IMG/VR virus record: IMGVR_UViG_3300035670_009931 | Location: 1-64,000 of that record | DNA: 64,000 bases | Direction: 5' to 3' (one strand) | Origin: a virus | In this document: positions 17,986 to 27,546 of the stretch, in pieces | Numbering within the stretch: the first letter of the stretch is position 1 | Layout of the letters: every line of letters begins with the position of its first letter | Notes under the pieces: model-generated | Told to the model about the DNA's origin: nothing | What the model saw: the letters and a program-made list of their open reading frames with translations, nothing else | Database searches by the model: none | Position numbers and translations under genes: made by a program

Positions 17986-18995
17986 ACTAGCATTTCCTTA
18001 AAAAAATCTTTTAAATTGATATTATATTTTTCATGTATTTCAATTATATCTTTATTCAATTCATTTTTGTCTATGTCAATCATAATTTTATAACTGTATG
18101 GACTAAACTGTTTTGGATCATATCCTATTACGCTAGCTCCTAAACTGCTACCAAGAACTATCATTAGATCAGCGTTTTGCATGGCAAAATTTCCAGCCCT
18201 GCTACCTTTTATTCCTATTGCACCTATACTTAGGTTATGTGAATTTGCAGTATAATCTCTTGCACCATAAGTGCTTACATATGGTATGTTATATTTTTCT
18301 ATAAATTGTACAAATTCTTCCACTGTATTACTTTGTCGTATACCATAGCCTGCAATAATAATAGGACGAGTAGACCTTTCTATTGTTTTTTTAATTTTTG
18401 AAACATCATTATTAAATTCGTTATTAAAGCTAGGATGATATGTTCTGTATTTTGATGGCATTTGAGCAGTTTGTATATCACCTGGGATATCTACCCATAC
18501 TGGTCCAGGTCTATCACTTTGTGCAATATGAACTGCATATTGTATTGCATATACAACATCTTCAATGTTGTCAACAAAGCAACTAAATTTAGTCATAGAT
18601 GAATAAGTTTCAACAATATTATGTTCCTGAATTCCATATTTTCTAATATTAACGTTTTTAGTTCTATTAATATAATTGCTACATGTAGATAATCTAACGT
18701 TACCAGATAAAAATAGAACAGGTACACTATCTTGCCATGCATTAAGAACACTGGTGGCACAATTTGTACCAGCGCATCCTGTGGTAGGATTAACAACGGA
18801 AAGTTTTCCAGTAAATTTACTTTCACCTATTGCAGCATGACCAGCACTTTGTTCGTGATGATAACAAATATAGTTTATTTTTCCATTTTTAATAAACCCG
18901 TCATTCAATCCACTTGCGCCACCACCCATTAAACCATGAACATTTCTAATTCCTATATTGTACAGGTAGTCGGCTATCCAATCACATACTCTCAT
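17982..18995 (-). CDS. TPP-dependent enzyme, N-terminal Pyr plus central domains (partner of 17236-17985)
   Basis: Pyr-domain-like N-terminus. The two ORFs together total about 586 aa, the size of an ALS/YerE-type enzyme. Confidence 0.6.
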   Translation of the reverse strand: MRVCDWIADYLYNIGIRNVHGLMGGGASGLNDGFIKNGKINYICYHHEQSAGHAAIGESKFTGKLSVVNPTTGCAGTNCATSVLNAWQDSVPVLFLSGNVRLSTCSNYINRTKNVNIRKYGIQEHNIVETYSSMTKFSCFVDNIEDVVYAIQYAVHIAQSDRPGPVWVDIPGDIQTAQMPSKYRTYHPSFNNEFNNDVSKIKKTIERSTRPIIIAGYGIRQSNTVEEFVQFIEKYNIPYVSTYGARDYTANSHNLSIGAIGIKGSRAGNFAMQNADLMIVLGSSLGASVIGYDPKQFSPYSYKIMIDIDKNELNKDIIEIHEKYNINLKDFFKEMLV

Positions 18996-19008
18996 ATTAT
19001 CTCCGGTT

Positions 19009-20334
19009 TTATAAAAATAAACTCATGAAGTTATCAACTTTTTCTCCTATATATGATATCTGTTCAGGTGTTATCACTGGACTAGTTCCATGGAAAAAAG
19101 TATTTTTCATAACAAAAGTTGCCACTGGAAAATTATTTTTTGCATCTTCTGGATTCATCAAATGACTATATGCTGGTTGTAACATAATATTTCCAGCAAA
19201 ATATGGCCTAGTTTGTATGAGATTTGTTTCAAGATAATCGACCAAATCAAATCTAGAGAATGGCGCATTCTCCCTTATTGTCAAGGGGAACGCAAACCAA
19301 CTAGGATCACTTTTATTTTGTGCTGTCGGTAAATGAAAGAACTCTTCATACTTTTTATAGATATCTAAAAGCAAACTATAATTTCTTCTTCTTAATTGAT
19401 GAATGGTTGGCAACTTATCTATTTGAACTAGACCCATAGCCCCCTGCAATTCTATCGGTTTCAAATTAAATCCAATTTCATCATATACATACTTGTGATC
19501 AAAAATTTCATTTTTCATACAAGGTATCCATTCTGAGAAACGTTTACCGCATGTACCACACTGCAATTTATTTGCTTCTGGTCCAACACAGTAGCAACCT
19601 CGTCCCCATTCTCTAAATGACCTAGCGATAACTTCTAAATCATAAGTTTTGCAAGCAACAAAACCCCCCTCACCCATTGTCATATGATGTGCTGGATAAA
19701 AGCTACAGCTAGCCATTTCACCAAAACTACCTAAAGGTTTGCCATCATATGTGCTACCTAACGCATCACAGCAATCCTCTAGTAAAATTAAATTATACTT
19801 TTTAACCAATTCCATTACTTGATCCATATTTGGTGGATTTCCCAGTACATGAGCAAAAGTTATTACACGTATATTATGTTCTTTAATTAAATCTTCAGCT
19901 TTGGATAAATCTAAATTTAATGTATCTATTTCAATGTCCAAAAATACTGGTTCAAATCCCATTTGTAAAGTTGGGTTCAATGTAGTTGGAAATCCAGCTA
20001 TAGGCATTAAAACTTTAGTTCCTTTTGGTAAGTTATATCCTCGCTTTGATGTCAGGGTTGCCATCATAAGTAGGTTTGAACTAGATCCACTATTAGTTAA
20101 AATACCATGTTCTTTACCAAATTGTTTTGGGAACTCTTTTTCAAATTTTAAACATTTATCTCCCATAACCAACCAACCATCTAACATGGAAGATATAGAA
20201 GATACAAATTCATTTTCATCAAAATATGGACCGGCATAATTTACAAAATCTTTACCTGCTATCCATTTTTTATTTTGATTTTTATTTTTTATATATTCAT
20301 TAATATTTTGTAAAATTTGTTCTTTAGTTATCAT
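19009..20334 (-). CDS. DegT/DnrJ/EryC1-family PMP-dependent sugar 3-dehydrase (DdhC/RfbH E1-like)
   Basis: Fold-type I sugar aminotransferase core. The usual SF(Y/H)PTK lysine is replaced by His (SFYPAHHMT), as in E1 dehydrases. A cysteine cluster (CYCVGPEANKLQCGTCGKRFSEWIPC) could bind Fe-S. Confidence 0.6.
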   Translation of the reverse strand: MITKEQILQNINEYIKNKNQNKKWIAGKDFVNYAGPYFDENEFVSSISSMLDGWLVMGDKCLKFEKEFPKQFGKEHGILTNSGSSSNLLMMATLTSKRGYNLPKGTKVLMPIAGFPTTLNPTLQMGFEPVFLDIEIDTLNLDLSKAEDLIKEHNIRVITFAHVLGNPPNMDQVMELVKKYNLILLEDCCDALGSTYDGKPLGSFGEMASCSFYPAHHMTMGEGGFVACKTYDLEVIARSFREWGRGCYCVGPEANKLQCGTCGKRFSEWIPCMKNEIFDHKYVYDEIGFNLKPIELQGAMGLVQIDKLPTIHQLRRRNYSLLLDIYKKYEEFFHLPTAQNKSDPSWFAFPLTIRENAPFSRFDLVDYLETNLIQTRPYFAGNIMLQPAYSHLMNPEDAKNNFPVATFVMKNTFFHGTSPVITPEQISYIGEKVDNFMSLFL

Positions 20335-21176
20335 TCTTGAATTTGTCCTTTCATAGTATTATACACTACTTTTAAACGATCTCCAAACCTGTCCCATGCA
20401 ACAGTATCTTCTTCATTATTAAGGTTTTGTTGATGCCAAAATTCATCAGTAATATATGCACCGGGATCTGTAGGTTTTCTATCTGCTTGTTGACCAACTA
20501 CTTGTTTAACTGTTTTAAAGAATTCCCAACTCTTAGAGTAATAATGATGTATTCGTAATTTATCATGACTTATTGCACTGCATGGATAATTTAATCCTTG
20601 GGTTATTAATCTACCTTCAACATCATATGTTCCATATTCAGTACCTAAACAATGACCATCTTTTCTTACCCAAATATTACCTGCATTTGGACCTCCCCGT
20701 AAAATTGATTTTATATGATGATTTAGTTTATGATTTAACGGTGCTCTTTTTGTAAAACATTCTGTAACTAAGCTAGGTTCCCAACTTATATGCCCATTAT
20801 TACCAAACATTGTCCAGTAAATACCCAGACAACTCAAACGTAAATTCATGTAATTTACTAAGAAATCTTTAATATTATGGTGTTGTATGGGTACATAGAA
20901 CTCATCTGCATCTGCACTGATTATCCAATCAAATTCTCCACTAGCACGATGCTGAAATACATACTCCCAATACCTATTACCAGCATCATTGCCTATAACT
21001 TGCATGGGTCTTATATCATAAAACTTTGATAATTTTTTTATAATATCAAAACTTGAATCAGTGCTCATATGATCATATACTAGAAATGTATCCACTCCTA
21101 ACATATGATACCATGCAAACCATTCTATTAAATGTCTTGAATTATTTCGTTGTATTAAACTTACTGCAATTTTCAT
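20331..21176 (-). CDS. Glycosyltransferase (GT92/DUF23-like)
   Basis: Pattern HLIEWFAWYHMLGVDTFLVYDHMSTD resembles the GT92 signature. Assignment by recall only. Confidence 0.45.
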   Translation of the reverse strand: MKIAVSLIQRNNSRHLIEWFAWYHMLGVDTFLVYDHMSTDSSFDIIKKLSKFYDIRPMQVIGNDAGNRYWEYVFQHRASGEFDWIISADADEFYVPIQHHNIKDFLVNYMNLRLSCLGIYWTMFGNNGHISWEPSLVTECFTKRAPLNHKLNHHIKSILRGGPNAGNIWVRKDGHCLGTEYGTYDVEGRLITQGLNYPCSAISHDKLRIHHYYSKSWEFFKTVKQVVGQQADRKPTDPGAYITDEFWHQQNLNNEEDTVAWDRFGDRLKVVYNTMKGQIQE

Positions 21177-21179
21177 ATA

Positions 21180-21833
21180 TTATCTTATAATAAATTGTGA
21201 ATAATAATCAAATGCTTTTAATCTAAAATTTAGATCAGTTGCTGGCCATTGTATTACAAAATCACCTAGTGACCAATCACCAACTGTTCCCAATTTATCA
21301 ATAAGTGGCTCCGGATAACGACCTCTATACAATGAATAATTGTATGAATTCATTACCTTTTGAGGAACTAATTTGACTAAATCATTTTTATATTTTTCAT
21401 ATGTATCTTTCATAATACCCTGTTCACCTTCCCAATTGGTATATGTCGGTAAAGTTTCAGCTATCATGTTTAGATAATCTCTACCTTCGGGCGAATTTCT
21501 AAGTAGAAAACTATCAGAGTTGATACCATTAAAATCTGATGCAATAATTAAATGATAATTTGTATCAGCTATATCTTCTAATTTTATTTTAAAATTGGTG
21601 ATCATTAAATCACCACCTGTCCACCATATCCAAGAATCATTTTCAATCTTACTAATAACATCTTGTAAAATTTGTATCTTAGCAATTTGGGCTGAACGCA
21701 TATCATTCCACGTAATCAATCTTAAATCATGATTGTATCCATGTAAATTACAATATGGAACTTTATTATTGTGCCAAGTTTTATCCATTAATGGCTGATA
21801 TGTACTATCATAATAACTAACTAATGTAAACAT
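21180..21833 (-). CDS. Hypothetical protein, possible glycosyltransferase
   Basis: 217-aa ORF located inside the glycan cluster. Confidence 0.35.
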   Translation of the reverse strand: MFTLVSYYDSTYQPLMDKTWHNNKVPYCNLHGYNHDLRLITWNDMRSAQIAKIQILQDVISKIENDSWIWWTGGDLMITNFKIKLEDIADTNYHLIIASDFNGINSDSFLLRNSPEGRDYLNMIAETLPTYTNWEGEQGIMKDTYEKYKNDLVKLVPQKVMNSYNYSLYRGRYPEPLIDKLGTVGDWSLGDFVIQWPATDLNFRLKAFDYYSQFIIR

Positions 21834-21836
21834 CTA

Positions 21837-22766
21837 TTAACCTATTGTTGTTATAGTTTTCTTCTCAGTGGAATGGTCTGTTTTCTTTATTAGATATTCA
21901 ACAATTTGAGAGGCTATATTTTCATTTACTGTATTACTAAAATATGTATTAGCGTTGTACTCACCTTTACCAGTTAAACAATCAGTTGCTCGAAAATTAA
22001 ATGAAAGAAATGTTTTACTTGAATCTAACAAATTTTCTTTAGTGTGACAGAAACTAAATGGTCCGCTATTTTTTCCAACAATTAGTTTTGCATATTTACT
22101 TAGAAAAGATATTTGATTTAGATTTCCTTCATTTGCAGAAAACAAATCATCAGTATATGTAATATTTGGTCTGTTAATGTTTAGTTTATGTGCAACTAAA
22201 AATTCATGATCTTTGAATTTATCTGCCATATCTTTAATGGTGTTTTCCATTATGCCCATTGCACTTTGACCACTTTGTTGAATACCATTACAAAATAAAA
22301 CAATTGGTTTCTGTGATTTTTCTTTCAAATACTTATGACAAGCATCCAAATCAAATTTAGAATAATCAGTTTCAGGTAAGTAATAACTAAAATCATTATC
22401 AAACTTTATATCAAGAATCTCAAAGTATTCTCGCCATGCTGAATGTAAAAGCGGATAATTAGCATGATGACCGGGAGCTAGATGCTTTCCGATCCATGAT
22501 CCTATCCATGTACTAATAAATAATGTGCCACTATCTTCATGAAAAATATATGGCAATTCTTTTTTTACATCTCTAAATGGTATTTGATATGTTCTAATAA
22601 ACCTACAATCAACATCTGCGATAATGCTTTCATGCTTATCGTGGGCATAAGAAAAACCAACGTCATCTAATTGACGTATGATATCTTTTACGAATCCTTT
22701 GGTGACAAAACAGTCACCATTTTTTTCGTAATTGTAAAATATAATATTGTTAAGAGTCGTATACAT
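21837..22766 (-). CDS. Hypothetical protein (glycan-cluster member)
   Basis: 309-aa ORF. Confidence 0.4.
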   Translation of the reverse strand: MYTTLNNIIFYNYEKNGDCFVTKGFVKDIIRQLDDVGFSYAHDKHESIIADVDCRFIRTYQIPFRDVKKELPYIFHEDSGTLFISTWIGSWIGKHLAPGHHANYPLLHSAWREYFEILDIKFDNDFSYYLPETDYSKFDLDACHKYLKEKSQKPIVLFCNGIQQSGQSAMGIMENTIKDMADKFKDHEFLVAHKLNINRPNITYTDDLFSANEGNLNQISFLSKYAKLIVGKNSGPFSFCHTKENLLDSSKTFLSFNFRATDCLTGKGEYNANTYFSNTVNENIASQIVEYLIKKTDHSTEKKTITTIG

Positions 22767-22768
22767 AA

Positions 22769-24067
22769 TTATTGTTTTGTTATTAATTTAATTAAATTAT
22801 TGGCAATTTCTTCAATCACGTTTACTGTTACTGAATTACCAAATAGATCAAAAATTTCTTCTGTTGTTAAGTGATTCGTTTTATATGTTAAAGGAAATCC
22901 AAATAATTTTTTAAGCTCGGAATGACTAAGTTTTCTTAGACCAGTATTTTCAATTACCCCCAAACGAGTTGAATCCGTAGCAACTACAGTTGGAATAATA
23001 TTATTATCATCAATTATTTTACTAAATTCAAAACTTAATTTACCAGTTGTTAATGTGTATCCCATTGGTAAATCAGTCCTTTTTATTTTTGTTTTAACAT
23101 TATTAATTATTTTATAGTCTTTTAAATATTCTTGTTTTAGATAACCTTTTTCAGTTAGTGCATTTAAATCATTTTCTAAATTTTCATAATCCATAAATGT
23201 TTTAATTTGATTTAAAGAAAGAGGAATCCCATCGAACCAAGATGTACCATTTTCTACGGACCATTTTTTATTTCTTCTTTTTACTATTAAAGAATTAATT
23301 AGTTCTTTTTGTTTTGGTGTGATTGATCCTTTTATACCCAAATCCCAACTATGAATATTATTATCTCCACCTCTTTTGTCATTAATTGATTTACCAGCTA
23401 ATAAATTTAGATTATTAAATGATGATTTTAAAAGAAAATTTAATTTACTATTTGGTGTTTCTAAGTTATAATCTCTAATATCTTTAAAAGTAACAGCTTT
23501 AAAATTTGTACTAAAATCAAATATATTTTGTAAATTTAGATTTAAATCTTTTCTAACTCCAGCAATATAAATTCTTTTTCTCCCTTGAGCTAGCCCAAAA
23601 TTTTTAGAATTTAATAATTTCCATGAAAAATCATATCCTATTTGATCAAGTATTGCCAATATCGTAGATAAAGTATTTCCTTTATTATGGTTTATTAAGC
23701 CTTCTACATTTTCCAAAATAAAACATTTTGGTTTTATATCATTGAGGATTCTTGCAACTTCAAAAAATAATGTACCCCTAGTGTCTTCAAACCCCAAACG
23801 TTTTCCAGCAGATGAAAACGCTTGGCAAGGGAATCCAGCCAATAAAAAATCAAATGAACCTAATTCAGATGTATTAATTTTTCTAACATCTTCAATATTT
23901 GATTTTTCAAAATTAAGTTGGTATGTTTCTATTGCTGATTTTTTTATATCAGATGATAGTATACATTCACCAATTAAATTATTTCTTGACAGTGCTTGTT
24001 GAAGTCCTAGTCTAAATCCACCTATTCCACAAAATAAATCTATAAATTTTATTTTTTCATTAATCAT
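22769..24067 (-). CDS. dcm: DNA (cytosine-5)-methyltransferase
   Basis: Motif I FCGIGG, motif IV GFPCQAFS, motif VI ENV and motif X GNSVTV are all present. Confidence 0.8.
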   Translation of the reverse strand: MINEKIKFIDLFCGIGGFRLGLQQALSRNNLIGECILSSDIKKSAIETYQLNFEKSNIEDVRKINTSELGSFDFLLAGFPCQAFSSAGKRLGFEDTRGTLFFEVARILNDIKPKCFILENVEGLINHNKGNTLSTILAILDQIGYDFSWKLLNSKNFGLAQGRKRIYIAGVRKDLNLNLQNIFDFSTNFKAVTFKDIRDYNLETPNSKLNFLLKSSFNNLNLLAGKSINDKRGGDNNIHSWDLGIKGSITPKQKELINSLIVKRRNKKWSVENGTSWFDGIPLSLNQIKTFMDYENLENDLNALTEKGYLKQEYLKDYKIINNVKTKIKRTDLPMGYTLTTGKLSFEFSKIIDDNNIIPTVVATDSTRLGVIENTGLRKLSHSELKKLFGFPLTYKTNHLTTEEIFDLFGNSVTVNVIEEIANNLIKLITKQ

Positions 24068-24095
24068 TATAATTTCCAGATTTATTTAATAAATT

Positions 24096-25319
24096 TTATT
24101 TTGAAATTAGCTTAAAATACGGACAAGGTAAAACCAAAGTACCACCACCATTTAGATATTCTTGTTCTCTCATTTCAAATTCGTTAATAAAATGCCAAGG
24201 CAGTACCAAAGCATATTCCGGTTTTGCTTTTCGCATTTCTTCCTCGCTAACTATTGGTATCATTGTTCCAACAGTTTTTAGTCCAAACTTATATGGACTT
24301 CTTTCAGCAATGGCATCTATACAAGTACTATCTAAACCAAAGTGTTGTAATAATGTATTACCTTTTGTACTTGCACCATATCCATAAATTTTCTTATTTT
24401 CTTTTTTGGCCTTATTAACAAAATCAACTACTTGAGTTTTTAATAGTTCTAATTTTTTACCAAAATCTTCCCATACCTCAACATCACGAATATTACATAC
24501 ATTCTTCTCATATGCTAAAATACTTTCGATTCTAACATTGCATACATCTCTTAGTGGTGCTGTTCCAAAACTATTAATATTGGCGTTTTTCTTTTGAATA
24601 TAAATTCTAAAGCTACCACCATTTGTATCATTTAAACTACAATCTACTATCTTGAATCCATGTGATTCAAATAAGTTTTTTATACTGGTTAAATCATAAT
24701 AATAAACATGTTCATGACATATATTATCGAATGCTAATTGTTTAACCATTAGTGGTGTATAGCTCATTTGTAAAACTAATAATCCATCATTATCCAATAC
24801 TTTATACAAATCTTTAATAAATGGATTAGGATCATCTAAATCATAGAACATCGCAATGCAGGTAATTACTTTTGCGGTGTCTGTTTTTGATGTTATTTTT
24901 TGCCAAGCTTTTAATGAAAAATAGTCTTGTGCAACCGTTGCTACTTTACTACTTTCAGCATAGTATGAATTATCACATGGATCTATACCATATTTTTTCA
25001 TAGTATCTGGTACAGATTTTAACAAAGTACCATCATTACAGGCTATATCTAGCCACTTATCACCTGGATTTAATTTTACTCTTGAACTTATTTCTGATAC
25101 TATACTTTGTAGTTCTTTAGTCATACTAGCGTTAATACCACTTCTGTACCAGTATTGCCCCCACATTGATTCAGCGGGAGCAACTTCTTTTAGTCTTACA
25201 GCCCCAATTTTTTTGTCTAGGTAAAGATCTAAACTATATTTTTTTCTTTTCTTCATGTCGTCTTTTGATTTAATAAAATCACTGACGTAATACTTCCCCA
25301 AAGCTAATACTTTTTTCAT
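24096..25319 (-). CDS. SAM-dependent methyltransferase (sugar C-methyltransferase-like architecture)
   Basis: Class I MTase motif (LDIACNDG) plus a C-terminal domain of the kind found in NDP-sugar C-methyltransferases. Confidence 0.5.
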   Translation of the reverse strand: MKKVLALGKYYVSDFIKSKDDMKKRKKYSLDLYLDKKIGAVRLKEVAPAESMWGQYWYRSGINASMTKELQSIVSEISSRVKLNPGDKWLDIACNDGTLLKSVPDTMKKYGIDPCDNSYYAESSKVATVAQDYFSLKAWQKITSKTDTAKVITCIAMFYDLDDPNPFIKDLYKVLDNDGLLVLQMSYTPLMVKQLAFDNICHEHVYYYDLTSIKNLFESHGFKIVDCSLNDTNGGSFRIYIQKKNANINSFGTAPLRDVCNVRIESILAYEKNVCNIRDVEVWEDFGKKLELLKTQVVDFVNKAKKENKKIYGYGASTKGNTLLQHFGLDSTCIDAIAERSPYKFGLKTVGTMIPIVSEEEMRKAKPEYALVLPWHFINEFEMREQEYLNGGGTLVLPCPYFKLISK

Positions 25320-25339
25320 TTTTTTCCTTGTTATTGGTT

Positions 25340-26008
25340 TTATGATATTTGAAATAAATCGTACACTAGAAAATATCTAGGGTCACTATTTTTTAAACTT
25401 TTTTCTTTGATAGTATTGATAATATTCCTATCAACTAAATCTGGATGAACCCACCAATCTTCGTATGGTGAAATTTGATTGGGTATATAACATGTTAGTA
25501 CATCCCCTGCAACTAGTTCATAACCTAAAGTAGATAAAATTTTTCTACTTTCATTTCTAGCATAATCACCTTCAGCATAAAAATCAGTTTCATATGTTAT
25601 AGTTCTAAATTTAAATTTATCAAATGGAATTCTTTTTAATGCTGATAATGTGTTAATACTTGGTTCAATATCTAATTGAAGATAATCAATTATATTTCTT
25701 GTAGGAAAATAATACGATAATAATTTTTCATAATCTGTATTTAATGCATCAGTAGCTAAAAAAGTTGTATTTGGTCTGTGAAATTTCCACTCATTTGCAT
25801 ATTCCTCAAATAAATCAATTGAAACACCTGACCAATTGAATACAGATTCTAAATTATAAGTATTATTATTATTGATTGGTAAGTGACATCCTATTTCCAA
25901 AAAAGTTCCATTTTTCATACCATTAGTTGCAGTCATTACAAATATATCCTGCATATCCAATGAATATGATTTTTTAACTAATTCACTGTTGTTAAAGTTA
26001 TATTTCAT
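25340..26008 (-). CDS. Hypothetical protein, possible FkbM-type methyltransferase
   Basis: 222 aa. Contains a G-x-G-like LEIGCH segment. Weak. Confidence 0.3.
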   Translation of the reverse strand: MKYNFNNSELVKKSYSLDMQDIFVMTATNGMKNGTFLEIGCHLPINNNNTYNLESVFNWSGVSIDLFEEYANEWKFHRPNTTFLATDALNTDYEKLLSYYFPTRNIIDYLQLDIEPSINTLSALKRIPFDKFKFRTITYETDFYAEGDYARNESRKILSTLGYELVAGDVLTCYIPNQISPYEDWWVHPDLVDRNIINTIKEKSLKNSDPRYFLVYDLFQIS

Positions 26009-26024
26009 ATATTAGTTGTTTAAT

Positions 26025-26414
26025 TTAATTAGTGTGTGACTTTTCTTCAACTATTTCAGAATTATATTTTAAATTGACATTTTTCTTTATAGTGCTACGT
26101 AAATCGTTTGAAATATATATTTGTTTTGCAATTTTTGCAACTTTAATATAATCAGTCGTATAGTATAGTTCTAGTCCTATTTTACGTATTTCATTTTCTA
26201 AATCCCAAATTTTTAAATTTACTTCATAAAGTTCATCATAAAAATCTACAATATCTGGATCTAAAGACAATGAATCATATGTATTTTTTAAACTCATATA
26301 TTCATATCTTACATTTTTTAATTTTTCATCATCAGTTATTTTACTAGATTTGATTTCAAGAATAGTAAGCTTATCTACTAATTCCCCTATGCTTACTGGT
26401 ATACTAATATTCAT
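26025..26414 (-). CDS. Hypothetical protein
   Basis: 129-aa ORF. Confidence 0.4.
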   Translation of the reverse strand: MNISIPVSIGELVDKLTILEIKSSKITDDEKLKNVRYEYMSLKNTYDSLSLDPDIVDFYDELYEVNLKIWDLENEIRKIGLELYYTTDYIKVAKIAKQIYISNDLRSTIKKNVNLKYNSEIVEEKSHTN

Positions 26415-26415
26415 A

Positions 26416-27423
26416 TTAAATACTCTTTTTCATCTCAGTAGAACACATATCATTTACAATATCATACAGATTCATTTTTGGTTCCCATCCTAAAACTTCT
26501 TTAGCTTTAGAATAATCTCCTAATAATGTATTGACATCGGCTGGTCTATAAAATTTCGGATCTATTTCTATTAAAGTTTTTCCAGAATTGCTATCTATAC
26601 CACGTTCATTTAAATCAGTACCAACCCACTCTAATTTTATGCCATGCCACTGTGCAGTAAGATCACAAAATTCTCTTACTGAATATTGTTTACCAGTGGC
26701 TAACACAAAGTCATCTGGACTATGATGTTGTAGTATCATCCATATACCTTCAACAAAATCCTTTGCATGACCCCAATCTCTTTTAGCGTCAATGTTACCA
26801 AGTTTAATGGAAGATTGTTTACCGGCTATGATATCATTAAATCCTTTTGTAATTTTTCTTGTTACAAAAGCTTCGCCACGTCTAGGACTTTCATGATTAT
26901 AAAGAATACCAGTACTTGCAAAAAGATTATAGCTTTCTCTGTAATTTACAGTAATCCAATGTCCAAATAATTTAGAAACACCGTATGGGCTTCTTGGATA
27001 AAATGGAGTGCTTTCATTTTGAGGAATAGTTTGAACTAATCCAAAGAGTTCACTGGTAGATGCTTGATAAAATTTTATAGTTTTATACTGTTTTATAGCT
27101 TCAAGTAATCTTAAAACACCTAAAGCATCAGTTTCAGCCGTATATTCAGGTACTTCGAAGCTTACATGAACATGGCTTTGTGCAGCCAAATTATAAACCT
27201 CATCGGGACAAACTTCTTCTATGATATTCCTGATGTTTAAATTATCAGTTAAATCACCATAATGAAGTTTTATCTGATCACGTATATGAGTGATATTTGG
27301 TATTACTTCATAACTAGAATTTCGTCTAATTAATCCGTGAACTTTATAGCCTTTTGATAGTAATAGTTCTGCTAGATAAGAACCATCTTGTCCGGATATA
27401 CCGGTAATTAATGCAGTTTTCAT
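26416..27423 (-). CDS. gmd: GDP-mannose 4,6-dehydratase
   Basis: N-terminus [34 protein letters not shown] and a catalytic YxxxK (YGVSK) match Gmd. Confidence 0.85.
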   Translation of the reverse strand: MKTALITGISGQDGSYLAELLLSKGYKVHGLIRRNSSYEVIPNITHIRDQIKLHYGDLTDNLNIRNIIEEVCPDEVYNLAAQSHVHVSFEVPEYTAETDALGVLRLLEAIKQYKTIKFYQASTSELFGLVQTIPQNESTPFYPRSPYGVSKLFGHWITVNYRESYNLFASTGILYNHESPRRGEAFVTRKITKGFNDIIAGKQSSIKLGNIDAKRDWGHAKDFVEGIWMILQHHSPDDFVLATGKQYSVREFCDLTAQWHGIKLEWVGTDLNERGIDSNSGKTLIEIDPKFYRPADVNTLLGDYSKAKEVLGWEPKMNLYDIVNDMCSTEMKKSI

Positions 27424-27546
27424 ACGTTATATTATACAACTTTTCGAAACGGGTTGCAATATTTAGTTTTCGATAAAGTGTATTATTTAAAATATGAAAT
27501 TTTTTCTGGTATTAATTTACTATATTCACCCTTGGAAAGATACAAT

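Noticed and set aside
17369-20239. Plus-strand ORFs 17369-17644, 18732-18932 and 19901-20239 (also 18593-18826 on the minus strand in another frame)
   Set aside because: They sit antisense to, or out of frame within, well-supported enzyme genes of the glycan cluster.
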